Counted from the stretch's first letter, positions 1-8,352 are shown. The stretch: 32,000 nucleotides of DNA from an archaeon (GCA_041657425.1 JBBABY010000002.1:30001-62000), one strand, 5' to 3'. Numbers and translations: made by a program. Notes: generated by a model not told the origin, from the letters alone.

Positions 1-269
1 ATGTTCTTTTGTTTAAGAATAGTTAATTCATCCATTAATGTAAACATATCTAGAACAGTATCATTACCAATAACACAAATCTTGTCTTTGTGAAGTATTC
101 CTCCAGGTATCAAATGAAATACATATTTTTCATTATTAACATAAATAGTGTGACCTGCATTTGCCCCACCGTGATGTTTTAAAACAACATCTGAATTTTC
201 AGTTAAATAATCTATTATCTTTCCCTTTCCTTCATCTCCCCATTGTGAGCCAAAAACAAAATTCATCAT
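1..269 (-). CDS. purA: Adenylosuccinate synthetase, N-terminal part (gene runs off the left window edge)
   Basis: Reverse translation from the ATG at 269-267 gives [44 protein letters not shown]... This contains the PurA motifs QWGDEGKGK and GGxNAGHT. A GGAGG element (complement of 277-281) lies 7 nt upstream. It is absent from the ORF track because the window edge truncates it. Confidence 0.85.
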   Translation of the reverse strand, partial: MMNFVFGSQWGDEGKGKIIDYLTENSDVVLKHHGGANAGHTIYVNNEKYVFHLIPGGILHKDKICVIGNDTVLDMFTLMDELTILKQKN

Positions 270-300
270 AATTATTCCTCCATTATATTTAATATTTAAT

Positions 301-870
301 TTACTTTTTATTTGTATCTTTTGACTTAATTAAGTATTTTTTAAATTTCAATACTGCTTTCTTTCTCATACTTATTTTATTTTTTTCAATAGCACCCATT
401 TCTGCAAAAGTTTTATTATATCCTTTTGGTACAAATATATTATCCCACGAAAACCCAGTTTTTCCTCTAGGAGATACAATTTTACCAAATATTGTTCCTG
501 TAAAACAATGAATATTTTCTCCATCATAATATCCAATTACCGTTATTGCTTGAGCATTATAATTACCTTTATTTTTTAAAAGAGAATATATCTTTTTTGA
601 TCCATTTCTTAAATAAAACCATTTAGTCAATGCTCCTGGAAAACCATTTAAATAACTAAAATGTAATCCTGTATCTTCTACAAAAATATTTTTCTTCTTT
701 GTTTTCTTTATTGCGTATTTTACTTTTGCGATTATTACGTCTTTTGAATTAATTGCCTGAATTTCGGGCAAATCTAAATTAATTTTAGAAACTTTATATT
801 CTGAATCAGACAATAAAGCACGTATTTCTTGTAATTTGTTTTCGCTACCAGTAATAAAATATAATTTCAT
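301..870 (-). CDS. Non-canonical purine NTP pyrophosphatase (HAM1/RdgB/ITPase family)
   Basis: 189-aa ORF with the N-terminal motif ITGSxxKxxE and the central motif [22 protein letters not shown], both typical of HAM1/RdgB. AAGGAG lies upstream of the ATG. It sits directly upstream of purA on the same strand. Confidence 0.85.
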   Translation of the reverse strand: MKLYFITGSENKLQEIRALLSDSEYKVSKINLDLPEIQAINSKDVIIAKVKYAIKKTKKKNIFVEDTGLHFSYLNGFPGALTKWFYLRNGSKKIYSLLKNKGNYNAQAITVIGYYDGENIHCFTGTIFGKIVSPRGKTGFSWDNIFVPKGYNKTFAEMGAIEKNKISMRKKAVLKFKKYLIKSKDTNKK

Positions 871-891
871 GTTAATTTCTCCTTTTCTTGT

Positions 892-996
892 TTAAATCAT
901 ATAATAATCTAAAAGATAAATTAATATCGCGAATATTAAATATGCAAATATTAATATAATTATTATCTTTTTTAAATCTGTATATTCAGAATCCAT
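892..996 (-). CDS. Small hydrophobic peptide, 34 aa (MDSEYTDLKKIIIILIFAYLIFAILIYLLDYYMI)
   Basis: Hand-translated and too short for the ORF track. It has one predicted TM helix. GGAGAG lies 5 nt upstream of the ATG. It sits just upstream of the HAM1 gene on the same strand. Confidence 0.3.
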   Translation of the reverse strand: MDSEYTDLKKIIIILIFAYLIFAILIYLLDYYMI

Positions 997-1011
997 ATAT
1001 CTCTCCAAATT

Positions 1012-1089
1012 TCAGATTAATCTCAAAATAATATATAATATTAAAAGTATTAATATTATAATTCCAAATTCTAAATTATCGAAGGTCAT
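1012..1089 (-). CDS. Small hydrophobic peptide, 25 aa (MTFDNLEFGIIILILLILYIILRLI)
   Basis: Hand-translated, with one TM-like segment. GAAGGAGAG lies upstream of the ATG. Its stop is followed within about 15 nt by the start of the next small ORF. Confidence 0.3.
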   Translation of the reverse strand: MTFDNLEFGIIILILLILYIILRLI

Positions 1090-1229
1090 ACTTTTACTCT
1101 CCTTCATATATTAATATAATTCTTTAAATAGATATAACTTTTGTGAGATAATCATACCAAATGCTAATAAAAATGAGTATTTATTAGAAAAAGATATATT
1201 ATTATATTATTTGGTTTAAATAATTAATT

Positions 1230-2204
1230 ATGTCACCGCTACTTAATTTGGACAAATTAGATAAAAACATTATAACTGAATTAAATAAAAACCCTAGAGC
1301 TAATTATTCAGAAATTGCAAAAAAAGTAAAATCTTCAAAAGAAGTAGTTAATTACAGAATAAAAAATTTAGAATCTCTAGGGATAATTAAAGAATATGTA
1401 ACCATTTTTGGATTTGGATATCAGGCACATAAAACCTATTTAAGATTTCAAAAAATAAACTCAAAAGAAGAAGAAAAACTTATTAATTTTCTTCTTGAAT
1501 TAAAAAATATAAATTGGATAACCACTTGTTCAGGAAATTGGGATTTAGCATTTTCTATTATGGCCAAAAATGCATTCGAATTAGATAAAACATTAAGAGA
1601 GATATTTACTGAATTTCCAAATGTAATACAAGATTATAAGCTATCAACAAGTCTTGGTTCTATTCCCTTTGGATACACTAATTTAACTGAATCAATTAAT
1701 GAAAATGCAATAAAAGTTAGATATGATGAATCCAATTATTTAGATTTTGATAATAAAGATAAAGAAATTGCGAAATTACTTCATAAAAATGCAAGAATTA
1801 AGATTACAGAAATATCTAAAATTACAAAAATTCCTGGAGATACAATAAATTATAGAATTAAAAAAATGGAAAAAAATAAAATAATTAAAAGATATCGTTT
1901 AATTATTGATTATACAATCTTAGGATATAATAGATTTGAAATTCTTATAAGATGTACAAATTTAACAAATAAAGTTATTGAAAAATTTGAAGAATATGCT
2001 AAACAAAAGCGAGAAATTGAATATATTTCTAAATATGTTGGAACCTGGGATCTAGAACTAACTGTTAATTTGAAAAGCAATTTAGAATTAAGAAATTTTA
2101 TAATAGACTTAAAGAAAAACTTTCCTGAAAATATTAATAATTTAGAAATAATTACTTTATATGAAACCAAAAATTACACTTACACCCCTTCTGAATTACT
2201 TTAA
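1230..2204 (+). CDS. Tandem-duplicated Lrp/AsnC-family transcriptional regulator (two HTH plus effector-domain modules in one chain)
   Basis: 324-aa ORF. Two internally similar N-terminal HTH_AsnC-like segments are present: LDKLDKNIITELNKNPRANYSEIAKKVKSSKEVVNYRIKNLESLGIIKEY and LDFDNKDKEIAKLLHKNARIKITEISKITKIPGDTINYRIKKMEKNKIIKRY. Each is followed by about 80-100 aa of the size expected for a RAM/AsnC_trans_reg domain. Confidence 0.75.
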   Translation: MSPLLNLDKLDKNIITELNKNPRANYSEIAKKVKSSKEVVNYRIKNLESLGIIKEYVTIFGFGYQAHKTYLRFQKINSKEEEKLINFLLELKNINWITTCSGNWDLAFSIMAKNAFELDKTLREIFTEFPNVIQDYKLSTSLGSIPFGYTNLTESINENAIKVRYDESNYLDFDNKDKEIAKLLHKNARIKITEISKITKIPGDTINYRIKKMEKNKIIKRYRLIIDYTILGYNRFEILIRCTNLTNKVIEKFEEYAKQKREIEYISKYVGTWDLELTVNLKSNLELRNFIIDLKKNFPENINNLEIITLYETKNYTYTPSELL

Positions 2205-2243
2205 ATATATTAAAATAGATTACTATCTATAATTATATATTAC

Positions 2244-4178
2244 ATGAACAAATTTAAGCTTGTAGCTCCTTTTTCTCCAGATGGGGATCAACCTAATGCA
2301 ATTAAGCAGCTATCAGCAGGGTTGGCTAAGAGAGGAAAGAAGATCCAGACTCTTCTTGGGGTTACTGGTTCTGGGAAAAGCTTTACAATCGCAAATGTCA
2401 TTGCTGGCTACAATAAGCCAACTCTTGTCTTAGCTCACAACAAAACACTTGCAGCTCAACTATACAATGAACTAAAGGATTTCTTTCCTGAAAACAAAGT
2501 AGAGTATTTTGTTTCTTATTATGATTATTATCAACCAGAGAGTTACATCCCACAGAAAGATCTTTACATTGAAAAGAACACAAAGATTAATGAAAAGATT
2601 GAACAGATGAGACTCTCAGCTACAACTTCTCTTGTTTCAAGAAACGATGTTATTGTTGTTGCTTCTGTTTCTTGTATCTATGGTCTTGGTAATCCTAAGA
2701 CATTCAGAGAAAAAGGGTTTACAATTACAAAAGGACAAAAAGTTAAAAGAACAGAACTATTAAGAGAATTGATTGATATTCAGTTTGAAAGAAACGATAT
2801 GGAATTAATGCCTGGAAGATTTAGAGTAAAAGGAGATGTTGTTGATATTGCTCCAGGTTACACAACTAATATTATTAGAATAGAGTTATTTGGAGAAACA
2901 ATTGATAGAATAACTGAAATTGATAAAATCACAAACGTAAAATTAAGTGAGTTTGATAAATTCTTTGTTTATCCTGCTAAACAGTTTGTTGTTGATAAAT
3001 CATCTCTTGATCCTGCAATTGCATCAATTCGCGAAGAACTAGAAAGTAGACTTCTTGATTTAGAACCGCTTGAAGCACATCGTCTAAGACAAAGAACAAT
3101 GTATGACTTAGAGATGATTAAAGAAACAGGATATTGTAATGGAATTGAAAACTATTCAAGACATTTTGATGGGAGAAAAAAAGGAGAGAGACCTTTCTGT
3201 CTTCTTGATTATTTCCCTGATGATTTCCTTTTAGTTATTGATGAAAGCCATCAATCAATTCCACAAGTACATGGAATGTATGCGGGAGATTATTCAAGAA
3301 AAAAAACATTAATTGATTATGGTTTTAGACTTCCTTCTGCTTTTGATAATCGTCCATTGAAGTTTAATGAGTTTGAAAAATTTATGGATACTGTGATTTT
3401 TGTTTCTGCAACTCCTTCTATTTATGAAACTAATCTTTCTTCTCAAGTAATTGAACAGATTATTAGACCAACAGGTTTAGTTGATCCACCTGTATTTATC
3501 AAACCTTCAAAGACACAGATTGAAGATCTTGCATTTAACATTAGAAAAACAATTGCAAAAGGAAATAGAGCTTTAGTTACTGCTCTAACAAAGAAACTTG
3601 CTGAAGAATTAGCGGAGTATCTGTCAAGCCAAGGAATTAAAACAAGATATCTTCATTCTGAAATTAATACTCTTGAAAGAACTGAAATTATTAGAGAGCT
3701 TCGTTTAGGAAAGTTTGATTGTTTAGTAGGTATTAATCTCTTGCGTGAAGGAATTGATATCCCAGAAGTAAGTTTTATTGGAATACTTGATGCTGATAAA
3801 GAGGGATTTTTAAGAGATCAAAGAAGTCTTATCCAGATTATTGGAAGAGCTGCAAGAAATTCTGAATCTTATGTTCATCTTTATGCAGATAAGATGACTG
3901 ATTCAATTACTGGGGCAATTAGAGAAACAGAAAGAAGAAGAAAGATCCAGATGGAGTATAATATGCAATATGATATTACTCCAATGACAATCATTAAACC
4001 AATAAGAGAAAAAGAAATTGAGGAAATCACAGATATCATGCACATCCCTAAGCCAGAGATACCAAACCTAATTATTGAACTAGAAATGCAAATGAAGGTT
4101 GCTTCAGATGAACTTGACTTTGAAACTGCAATTAGAATCAGAAATAAAATAAACGAACTTAAGAAAAGAGTAGAATAA
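2244..4178 (+). CDS. uvrB: Excinuclease ABC subunit B
   Basis: 644-aa ORF with Walker A GVTGSGKS, DESH in VIDESHQS, helicase motifs (FVSATP, GRAARN) and a C-terminal UVR motif (ELDFETAIRIRNKINELKK). The N-terminus FKLVAPFSPDGDQPNAI is typical of UvrB. Confidence 0.95.
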   Translation: MNKFKLVAPFSPDGDQPNAIKQLSAGLAKRGKKIQTLLGVTGSGKSFTIANVIAGYNKPTLVLAHNKTLAAQLYNELKDFFPENKVEYFVSYYDYYQPESYIPQKDLYIEKNTKINEKIEQMRLSATTSLVSRNDVIVVASVSCIYGLGNPKTFREKGFTITKGQKVKRTELLRELIDIQFERNDMELMPGRFRVKGDVVDIAPGYTTNIIRIELFGETIDRITEIDKITNVKLSEFDKFFVYPAKQFVVDKSSLDPAIASIREELESRLLDLEPLEAHRLRQRTMYDLEMIKETGYCNGIENYSRHFDGRKKGERPFCLLDYFPDDFLLVIDESHQSIPQVHGMYAGDYSRKKTLIDYGFRLPSAFDNRPLKFNEFEKFMDTVIFVSATPSIYETNLSSQVIEQIIRPTGLVDPPVFIKPSKTQIEDLAFNIRKTIAKGNRALVTALTKKLAEELAEYLSSQGIKTRYLHSEINTLERTEIIRELRLGKFDCLVGINLLREGIDIPEVSFIGILDADKEGFLRDQRSLIQIIGRAARNSESYVHLYADKMTDSITGAIRETERRRKIQMEYNMQYDITPMTIIKPIREKEIEEITDIMHIPKPEIPNLIIELEMQMKVASDELDFETAIRIRNKINELKKRVE

Positions 4179-4197
4179 ATTTTAGTTTGTTTTTGTA

Positions 4198-5025
4198 TTA
4201 AGCTTTCACAGAGCTTGTACTTAGTAATTTCATGGGATTGTATTCTCTACTTTCTAATTTCTCCATTTCTGTATATTTTTGTTCTATTTCTCTTATATAT
4301 TCATTAATTAATTCTTTTCTATCAAATTTCTTTGGAAGATATCTTAGTTGCTGAATAACGTAATATTTCCCATCTCTTTTATTCTTTCTTATAGATACTA
4401 AAACTACTGGGATTTTCTTATTTATCCCATCTTGTGCTTTACTTGCCATCTGAAGTATACTAGAATGCCCTAATTCAAATTGATCAGGAATTTTAGTACT
4501 AATTGCAAGATCAGAATGCCCTGCTGGAAAAGAACCAACAATTCTATTTCCTTCTAAAAGCTTAGTTCCTTTAGCTAATAACTGCTTTATACTTGCTATT
4601 GTAACGTGCTGTTTATCTATAGGAATAGTTTCTAATTTTAAAAATAATTTTCTTACAAATGGGATTTGCTGAAAATAATATTTTTTTGTAGATGTAGAGT
4701 TTGGAAAATATGCAGCAGATATCCAATGAACATAATTTTTAGAAAAAGACTGAATTATTGCAGGTTCAATTGTAAGATGATGTGTGCCAAGAACAATAAT
4801 TGGTCCTTTTCCACCTAACTCAGATAATAAATTTCTTCCCACTATTTTTACTTTTCTTTTATATTTAAATTCACATAATTTAATATAAATATTTCTAATT
4901 TTTGCACCTTTCTTAAAACTCTCAGAATCTACAATTTCATTTGGTTTTTCTATAATTACTTCAGGCAACTCCTTTTCTAATTTTTCTTTATAGATTGGTT
5001 TTTTAAAAATAATTCTTGTAGCCAT
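4198..5025 (-). CDS. Putative acyltransferase of the PlsC/LPLAT-like family
   Basis: 275-aa ORF. The motif pattern resembles glycerolipid acyltransferase blocks: GTHHLTIEP (block I HxxxxD/E-like), FPAGHSD (block III FPEGT-like) and IPVVLVSI (block IV-like). Its ATG lies 10 nt after the stop of the upstream CYTH ORF. Confidence 0.45.
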   Translation of the reverse strand: MATRIIFKKPIYKEKLEKELPEVIIEKPNEIVDSESFKKGAKIRNIYIKLCEFKYKRKVKIVGRNLLSELGGKGPIIVLGTHHLTIEPAIIQSFSKNYVHWISAAYFPNSTSTKKYYFQQIPFVRKLFLKLETIPIDKQHVTIASIKQLLAKGTKLLEGNRIVGSFPAGHSDLAISTKIPDQFELGHSSILQMASKAQDGINKKIPVVLVSIRKNKRDGKYYVIQQLRYLPKKFDRKELINEYIREIEQKYTEMEKLESREYNPMKLLSTSSVKA

Positions 5026-5035
5026 TATTTCGTCC

Positions 5036-5578
5036 TTAATTTTTTAATTGATAATACTCAAGTAATTGCTTTGTTCCCCAAGGTTTTGCTTTGGTCTTTG
5101 AGATGTCCAACAATTGGAGTGTTTTTTCAATCTGCTTATTGTCTTTTGCTTCTATCTCAAAGTAGGTTGGAATCTTGAAAGGTTTACTTACTGTGTCTAT
5201 GTCAAAGGTAATGTCTTTTAGTGTATAACTAGTTCTTGTCTTTTCTATTCTGTGATATCTTTTTAGACCAAGAGCAGAAAATAATTCTTGAATGTCTTTA
5301 AAATTAGAAGATACTTGAAATTCTATTTCTTTACAGTTCTTTACATTATGTTTTATTTCTTTAAATGCTTTAAAGGTAATGTAGATGTCCTTTCCTAACT
5401 GTCTTATTCTTATGCTTGATTTTTTTTTCTTTAATTCTTGGTTATCGTAATTCTCTTGAATAATCTTTTTTGTAAATTGTTTCTTTGCTCCAAGTTTAAG
5501 GAGTTTCTTTTCTAGTTTTTTCTTATTTATCTCTAGAACTTTAACTTCAATTTCAGAATTATTTTGATTCGTGCTTAT
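5036..5578 (-). CDS. CYTH-domain protein (triphosphate tunnel metalloenzyme / CyaB-like), start codon unresolved
   Basis: Hand-translated reverse-strand frame, open from 5587 down to the TAA at 5038-5036. Sequence: ..NNSEIEVKVLEINKKKLEKKLLKLGAKKQF..SSIRIRQLG..KEIEFQV..KTRTSYTLKDITFDIDTV..PTYFEIEAKD.. This gives the CYTH signature series EIExK, RxR, ExE, KxR, DxD, EIE. The whole frame has no ATG, GTG or TTG, which explains its absence from the ORF track. The listed start is an ATA codon and is a placeholder. Confidence 0.6.
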   Translation of the reverse strand: MSTNQNNSEIEVKVLEINKKKLEKKLLKLGAKKQFTKKIIQENYDNQELKKKKSSIRIRQLGKDIYITFKAFKEIKHNVKNCKEIEFQVSSNFKDIQELFSALGLKRYHRIEKTRTSYTLKDITFDIDTVSKPFKIPTYFEIEAKDNKQIEKTLQLLDISKTKAKPWGTKQLLEYYQLKN

Positions 5579-6071
5579 CTTTTTCTTCTACTTTCTTTTC
5601 ATGTTTCTCTTCTATTTTCTTCTCATGCTTTTCTTCTGGCCTTTTCTTTATTTTCATTGTCTCTATAAACTTAATCTTTCTATTTATTTCTTTTAAGTTT
5701 TCACTTAACTTGCTATTTACGTGTTTATCTACTGCTTTATCAAATTTGTCCATTCTTTTAAAGAAATAATTCTCTGCAATTATACCAACACAGAATAAGA
5801 ATGTACCAACTCCAATTAAAGCAAACAAAGAAGCTACAATTTTACCAAGTTCTGTTTTTGGAACAACATCTCCATAACCAATTGTTGTTAAAGTAATAGT
5901 TGTAAAATAGAAAGCATCAACATAACTCCAATGTTCTAGTCTTCTAAAAATAAAAATTCCTATAAAAATAATTGCAACTGCAAAAAAGATTGCAAATAAT
6001 ACTTTTCGTTTATAACTCTTCTCTTGATTATCTAGACTTTCTATGTTTGTGTGGTTTTCTTTGTCAGTCAT
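5559..6071 (-). CDS. Two-TM potassium channel (KcsA/Ion_trans_2-type pore) with charged repetitive tail
   Basis: 170-aa ORF with the selectivity filter TLTTIGYGDV between two hydrophobic helices. The C-terminal tail EEKHEKKIEEKHEKKVEEKDKHESK is low complexity. Its start overlaps the dhs stop in an ATGA at 6071-6068. Confidence 0.8.
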   Translation of the reverse strand: MTDKENHTNIESLDNQEKSYKRKVLFAIFFAVAIIFIGIFIFRRLEHWSYVDAFYFTTITLTTIGYGDVVPKTELGKIVASLFALIGVGTFLFCVGIIAENYFFKRMDKFDKAVDKHVNSKLSENLKEINRKIKFIETMKIKKRPEEKHEKKIEEKHEKKVEEKDKHESK

Positions 6072-7006
6072 TTAAGTATCCCTTCTTTGGTTAAATCTTC
6101 TAATGCTTTAATCATTGCAAGTGGGAATGTTATTGTAACATCTCCAACAACAGTTACGGCATCTGCTTCATCTTTTATCTTTCCCCAGGATTTTGCTTCA
6201 TCTGTTGTTGCTCCTGAAAGACTTCCTGATCTTGATGATGCTGTTGTCATGTAAAGAGCATAGTCTGCTCCTCCATTTATTAATGTTGTTAGGATGACAT
6301 GGTGCTTTGCTACTCCCCCACCTAAAGCTATGATTCCTTTCTTCTCGTCATGTGTTGTTGAAAAGATTATTTGTTTAAAATCAGAAATAATATCGATCAT
6401 GAAATCCTTATGGTCTTGTTGGAACAAATATAAATGGAAACCAAAAGAACCATCTGTGATTGCAGGGCAGAAGACTGAAACATCATTCTTTGCTGCTTGA
6501 TAAAGAAATGAGTTTTCATCATTTAGTTTTAAACCAATCTCTCTAAGTAACTCGCAAGTTGCCCAAACTTTCTTTTTCTTGTAAAGATCAAGAAGATAAC
6601 CTTGCATACTGCTTTCAAATCTTGCATATGATTCATTTGTAATTAAAATGTTACCTACTCTATTCTCTCCTTTCTCATAAAGTTCTTGATCATTTGCTCC
6701 AAAGGAAGAAACAATAAATTTCTCACCAGTTGCTTTCATAATATCTTCTTCAACTGCACCAACAGTTGTACAGATTACATTAGCCATCTTAAGTTTAATT
6801 ACTTGTGCGAAGAAACCGCGAAGGCCTGAAGTAACCATATTAGACGTAAATGAAAGGTAGACCTTTGCTCCTTCTTTCTTCATCTTCTTGATTAGTTCAG
6901 AAGCTCTTGAAAGTTCAGCAGATTGAAACCCAATACTGTCGTATTGACTAACAAGATCAGTAACAGTCATTCCTTTTGTCCATAATAAGTCTTTAGTATA
7001 TTTCAT
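6068..7006 (-). CDS. dys: Deoxyhypusine synthase
   Basis: 312-aa ORF of archaeal DHS size. Characteristic segments are SFTSNMVTSGLRG, CPAITDGSFG, GGGVAKHH and a C-terminal catalytic-Lys region TDEAKSWGKI. Confidence 0.9.
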   Translation of the reverse strand: MKYTKDLLWTKGMTVTDLVSQYDSIGFQSAELSRASELIKKMKKEGAKVYLSFTSNMVTSGLRGFFAQVIKLKMANVICTTVGAVEEDIMKATGEKFIVSSFGANDQELYEKGENRVGNILITNESYARFESSMQGYLLDLYKKKKVWATCELLREIGLKLNDENSFLYQAAKNDVSVFCPAITDGSFGFHLYLFQQDHKDFMIDIISDFKQIIFSTTHDEKKGIIALGGGVAKHHVILTTLINGGADYALYMTTASSRSGSLSGATTDEAKSWGKIKDEADAVTVVGDVTITFPLAMIKALEDLTKEGILK

Positions 7007-7045
7007 AATTATTCACTTTCTTTTCTATAATATATTTAAGGCAAA

Positions 7046-7060
7046 GAAATAAATATAAAT
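7046..7060 (-). promoter_or_regulatory. Putative TATA/BRE-type promoter element upstream of dhs (ATTTATATTTATTTC on the minus strand)
   Basis: This 15-mer is identical to 8026-8040 and lies 40-54 nt upstream of the dhs ATG. It contains a TTTATAT archaeal TATA-like core. Confidence 0.3.
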
Positions 7061-7072
7061 GGGGTGGGACAA

Positions 7073-7972
7073 TTAGAAAGAACTAACAAGAATAATCCCC
7101 ACAATCAAAATGATTATTGCGATTGCTTTCTTGATAAATCTGCTTCTGCTTAAATCTTCTTGAAGTATTACGGGATGAGTCTTACTTAGAATGATTGCAA
7201 GTATAAACACCAGAAAAGGATATACTGCAGTTATTGCTATTACTAAAGCAATATTTTTTCCTGATGCAAAAGCATAAAAAAGAAGTAAATATGCTGTAAT
7301 GTATAAAACATTAGAAATCAACTGCAAGTAGATCGTTTTAGTTCCAAACTGTTTAAATGTTTTCTTAAATTCAGAAAAATATATTAATGCAAATACTAAC
7401 ATTCCAATAGCATAGCCAAGTCTAAAATAACTATAAACAACTAACGAATCATTAAATTGCTTCATACAAATACCCATTAAAAAATAAGCAAAAGAAAAGA
7501 CAATTGCAGAAAGAATAACAACCTCTACCCCTTTTGAAAGCCTCAGTTTCTTAAAGTCTTTTATTAAAAATATAAATATTGAGACTACAATCAATACAAT
7601 TCCAATAATGTTAAAAGCATTTAATTTATCTCCTGTTCCAATTACTAGATTTAATATTACTAAAAAAATAATATAGATATAGACAACAGCACTAACAACT
7701 GACACTTCTTCCATCTTAAATGACTTATAGAATAAAAAACACCCATAAGCAAAAATTAACCCTGCAAGCATCGCTAAACCGATAGTAACTAAAGGAATTG
7801 CAGAGGTGCTGCCTTTCAGTAGGTAGATAACTACAAACACTAAAAAATTACAAAGCGCAACAACTAGAAACATTGCCTTGTAATCAGTCATATACTTGTT
7901 GATGGTAAGATAATCAAAATGAACCGCTATTGCTTCAATTAAAGCAGTAAGAAAAGCAAGCAATATCCACAT
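7073..7972 (-). CDS. DMT-superfamily (EamA-like) membrane transporter
   Basis: 299-aa ORF. It is almost entirely hydrophobic, with about 10 predicted TM segments in two similar halves, as in EamA/DMT permeases. No catalytic motifs were seen. Confidence 0.55.
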   Translation of the reverse strand: MWILLAFLTALIEAIAVHFDYLTINKYMTDYKAMFLVVALCNFLVFVVIYLLKGSTSAIPLVTIGLAMLAGLIFAYGCFLFYKSFKMEEVSVVSAVVYIYIIFLVILNLVIGTGDKLNAFNIIGIVLIVVSIFIFLIKDFKKLRLSKGVEVVILSAIVFSFAYFLMGICMKQFNDSLVVYSYFRLGYAIGMLVFALIYFSEFKKTFKQFGTKTIYLQLISNVLYITAYLLLFYAFASGKNIALVIAITAVYPFLVFILAIILSKTHPVILQEDLSRSRFIKKAIAIIILIVGIILVSSF

Positions 7973-8025
7973 GATAATTTTCTCTTGTATGGTAGTTAAT
8001 GTATTAAAAGATAAATATAAGAGCG

Positions 8026-8040
8026 GAAATAAATATAAAT
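8026..8040 (-). promoter_or_regulatory. Putative TATA/BRE-type promoter element upstream of the DMT transporter gene (same 15-mer as 7046-7060)
   Basis: Exact copy of GAAATAAATATAAAT (plus-strand reading), 54-68 nt upstream of the transporter ATG at 7972. It lies in the divergent intergenic region shared with the ORF at 8073. Confidence 0.3.
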
Positions 8041-8072
8041 AGAAAACATTTAATTAAAACTCTTTTGTTTCT

Positions 8073-8279
8073 ATGTTATTTATGATTACAAATACAACAT
8101 TATTATGGCTTATCCCATTAATGATATGGGAAATGGTATGGAAAGGTATTGCTTTATGGAAAGCAGGAAGAAATAATCAACTTACTTGGTTTGTGTTCTT
8201 ACTTATATTAAACACAGCAGGAATTCTACCAATAATCTATATCTATTTCATAAAACCAGAAACAAAAAAGAAGAAATAA
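8073..8279 (+). CDS. Small two-TM membrane protein, DUF5652-like
   Basis: 68-aa ORF. The WEMVWKGIALWKAGRNNQLTWFVFLLILNTAGILPIIYI pattern matches my recollection of the DUF5652 family, which is common in small-genome lineages. Confidence 0.5.
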   Translation: MLFMITNTTLLWLIPLMIWEMVWKGIALWKAGRNNQLTWFVFLLILNTAGILPIIYIYFIKPETKKKK

Positions 8280-8352
8280 GTTTTTTTCTTTCTTTTTATT
8301 TTTTATTTGTGCACACTAATTATTAATTAAAATTAGAAATAATCTAAATTAT

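Noticed and set aside
2244-4178. Less AT-rich composition of uvrB as evidence of recent horizontal transfer
   Set aside because: Other conserved housekeeping genes here (ftsZ, dhs, thrS, aspS) look similarly less AT-rich than the lineage-specific genes. Composition alone is therefore not informative without a computed comparison.
5570-5650. Repetitive DNA at the 3' end of the K+ channel gene
   Set aside because: It simply encodes the low-complexity EEKHEKK-type tail. It is not a CRISPR array, a tandem-repeat locus or a mobile-element end.
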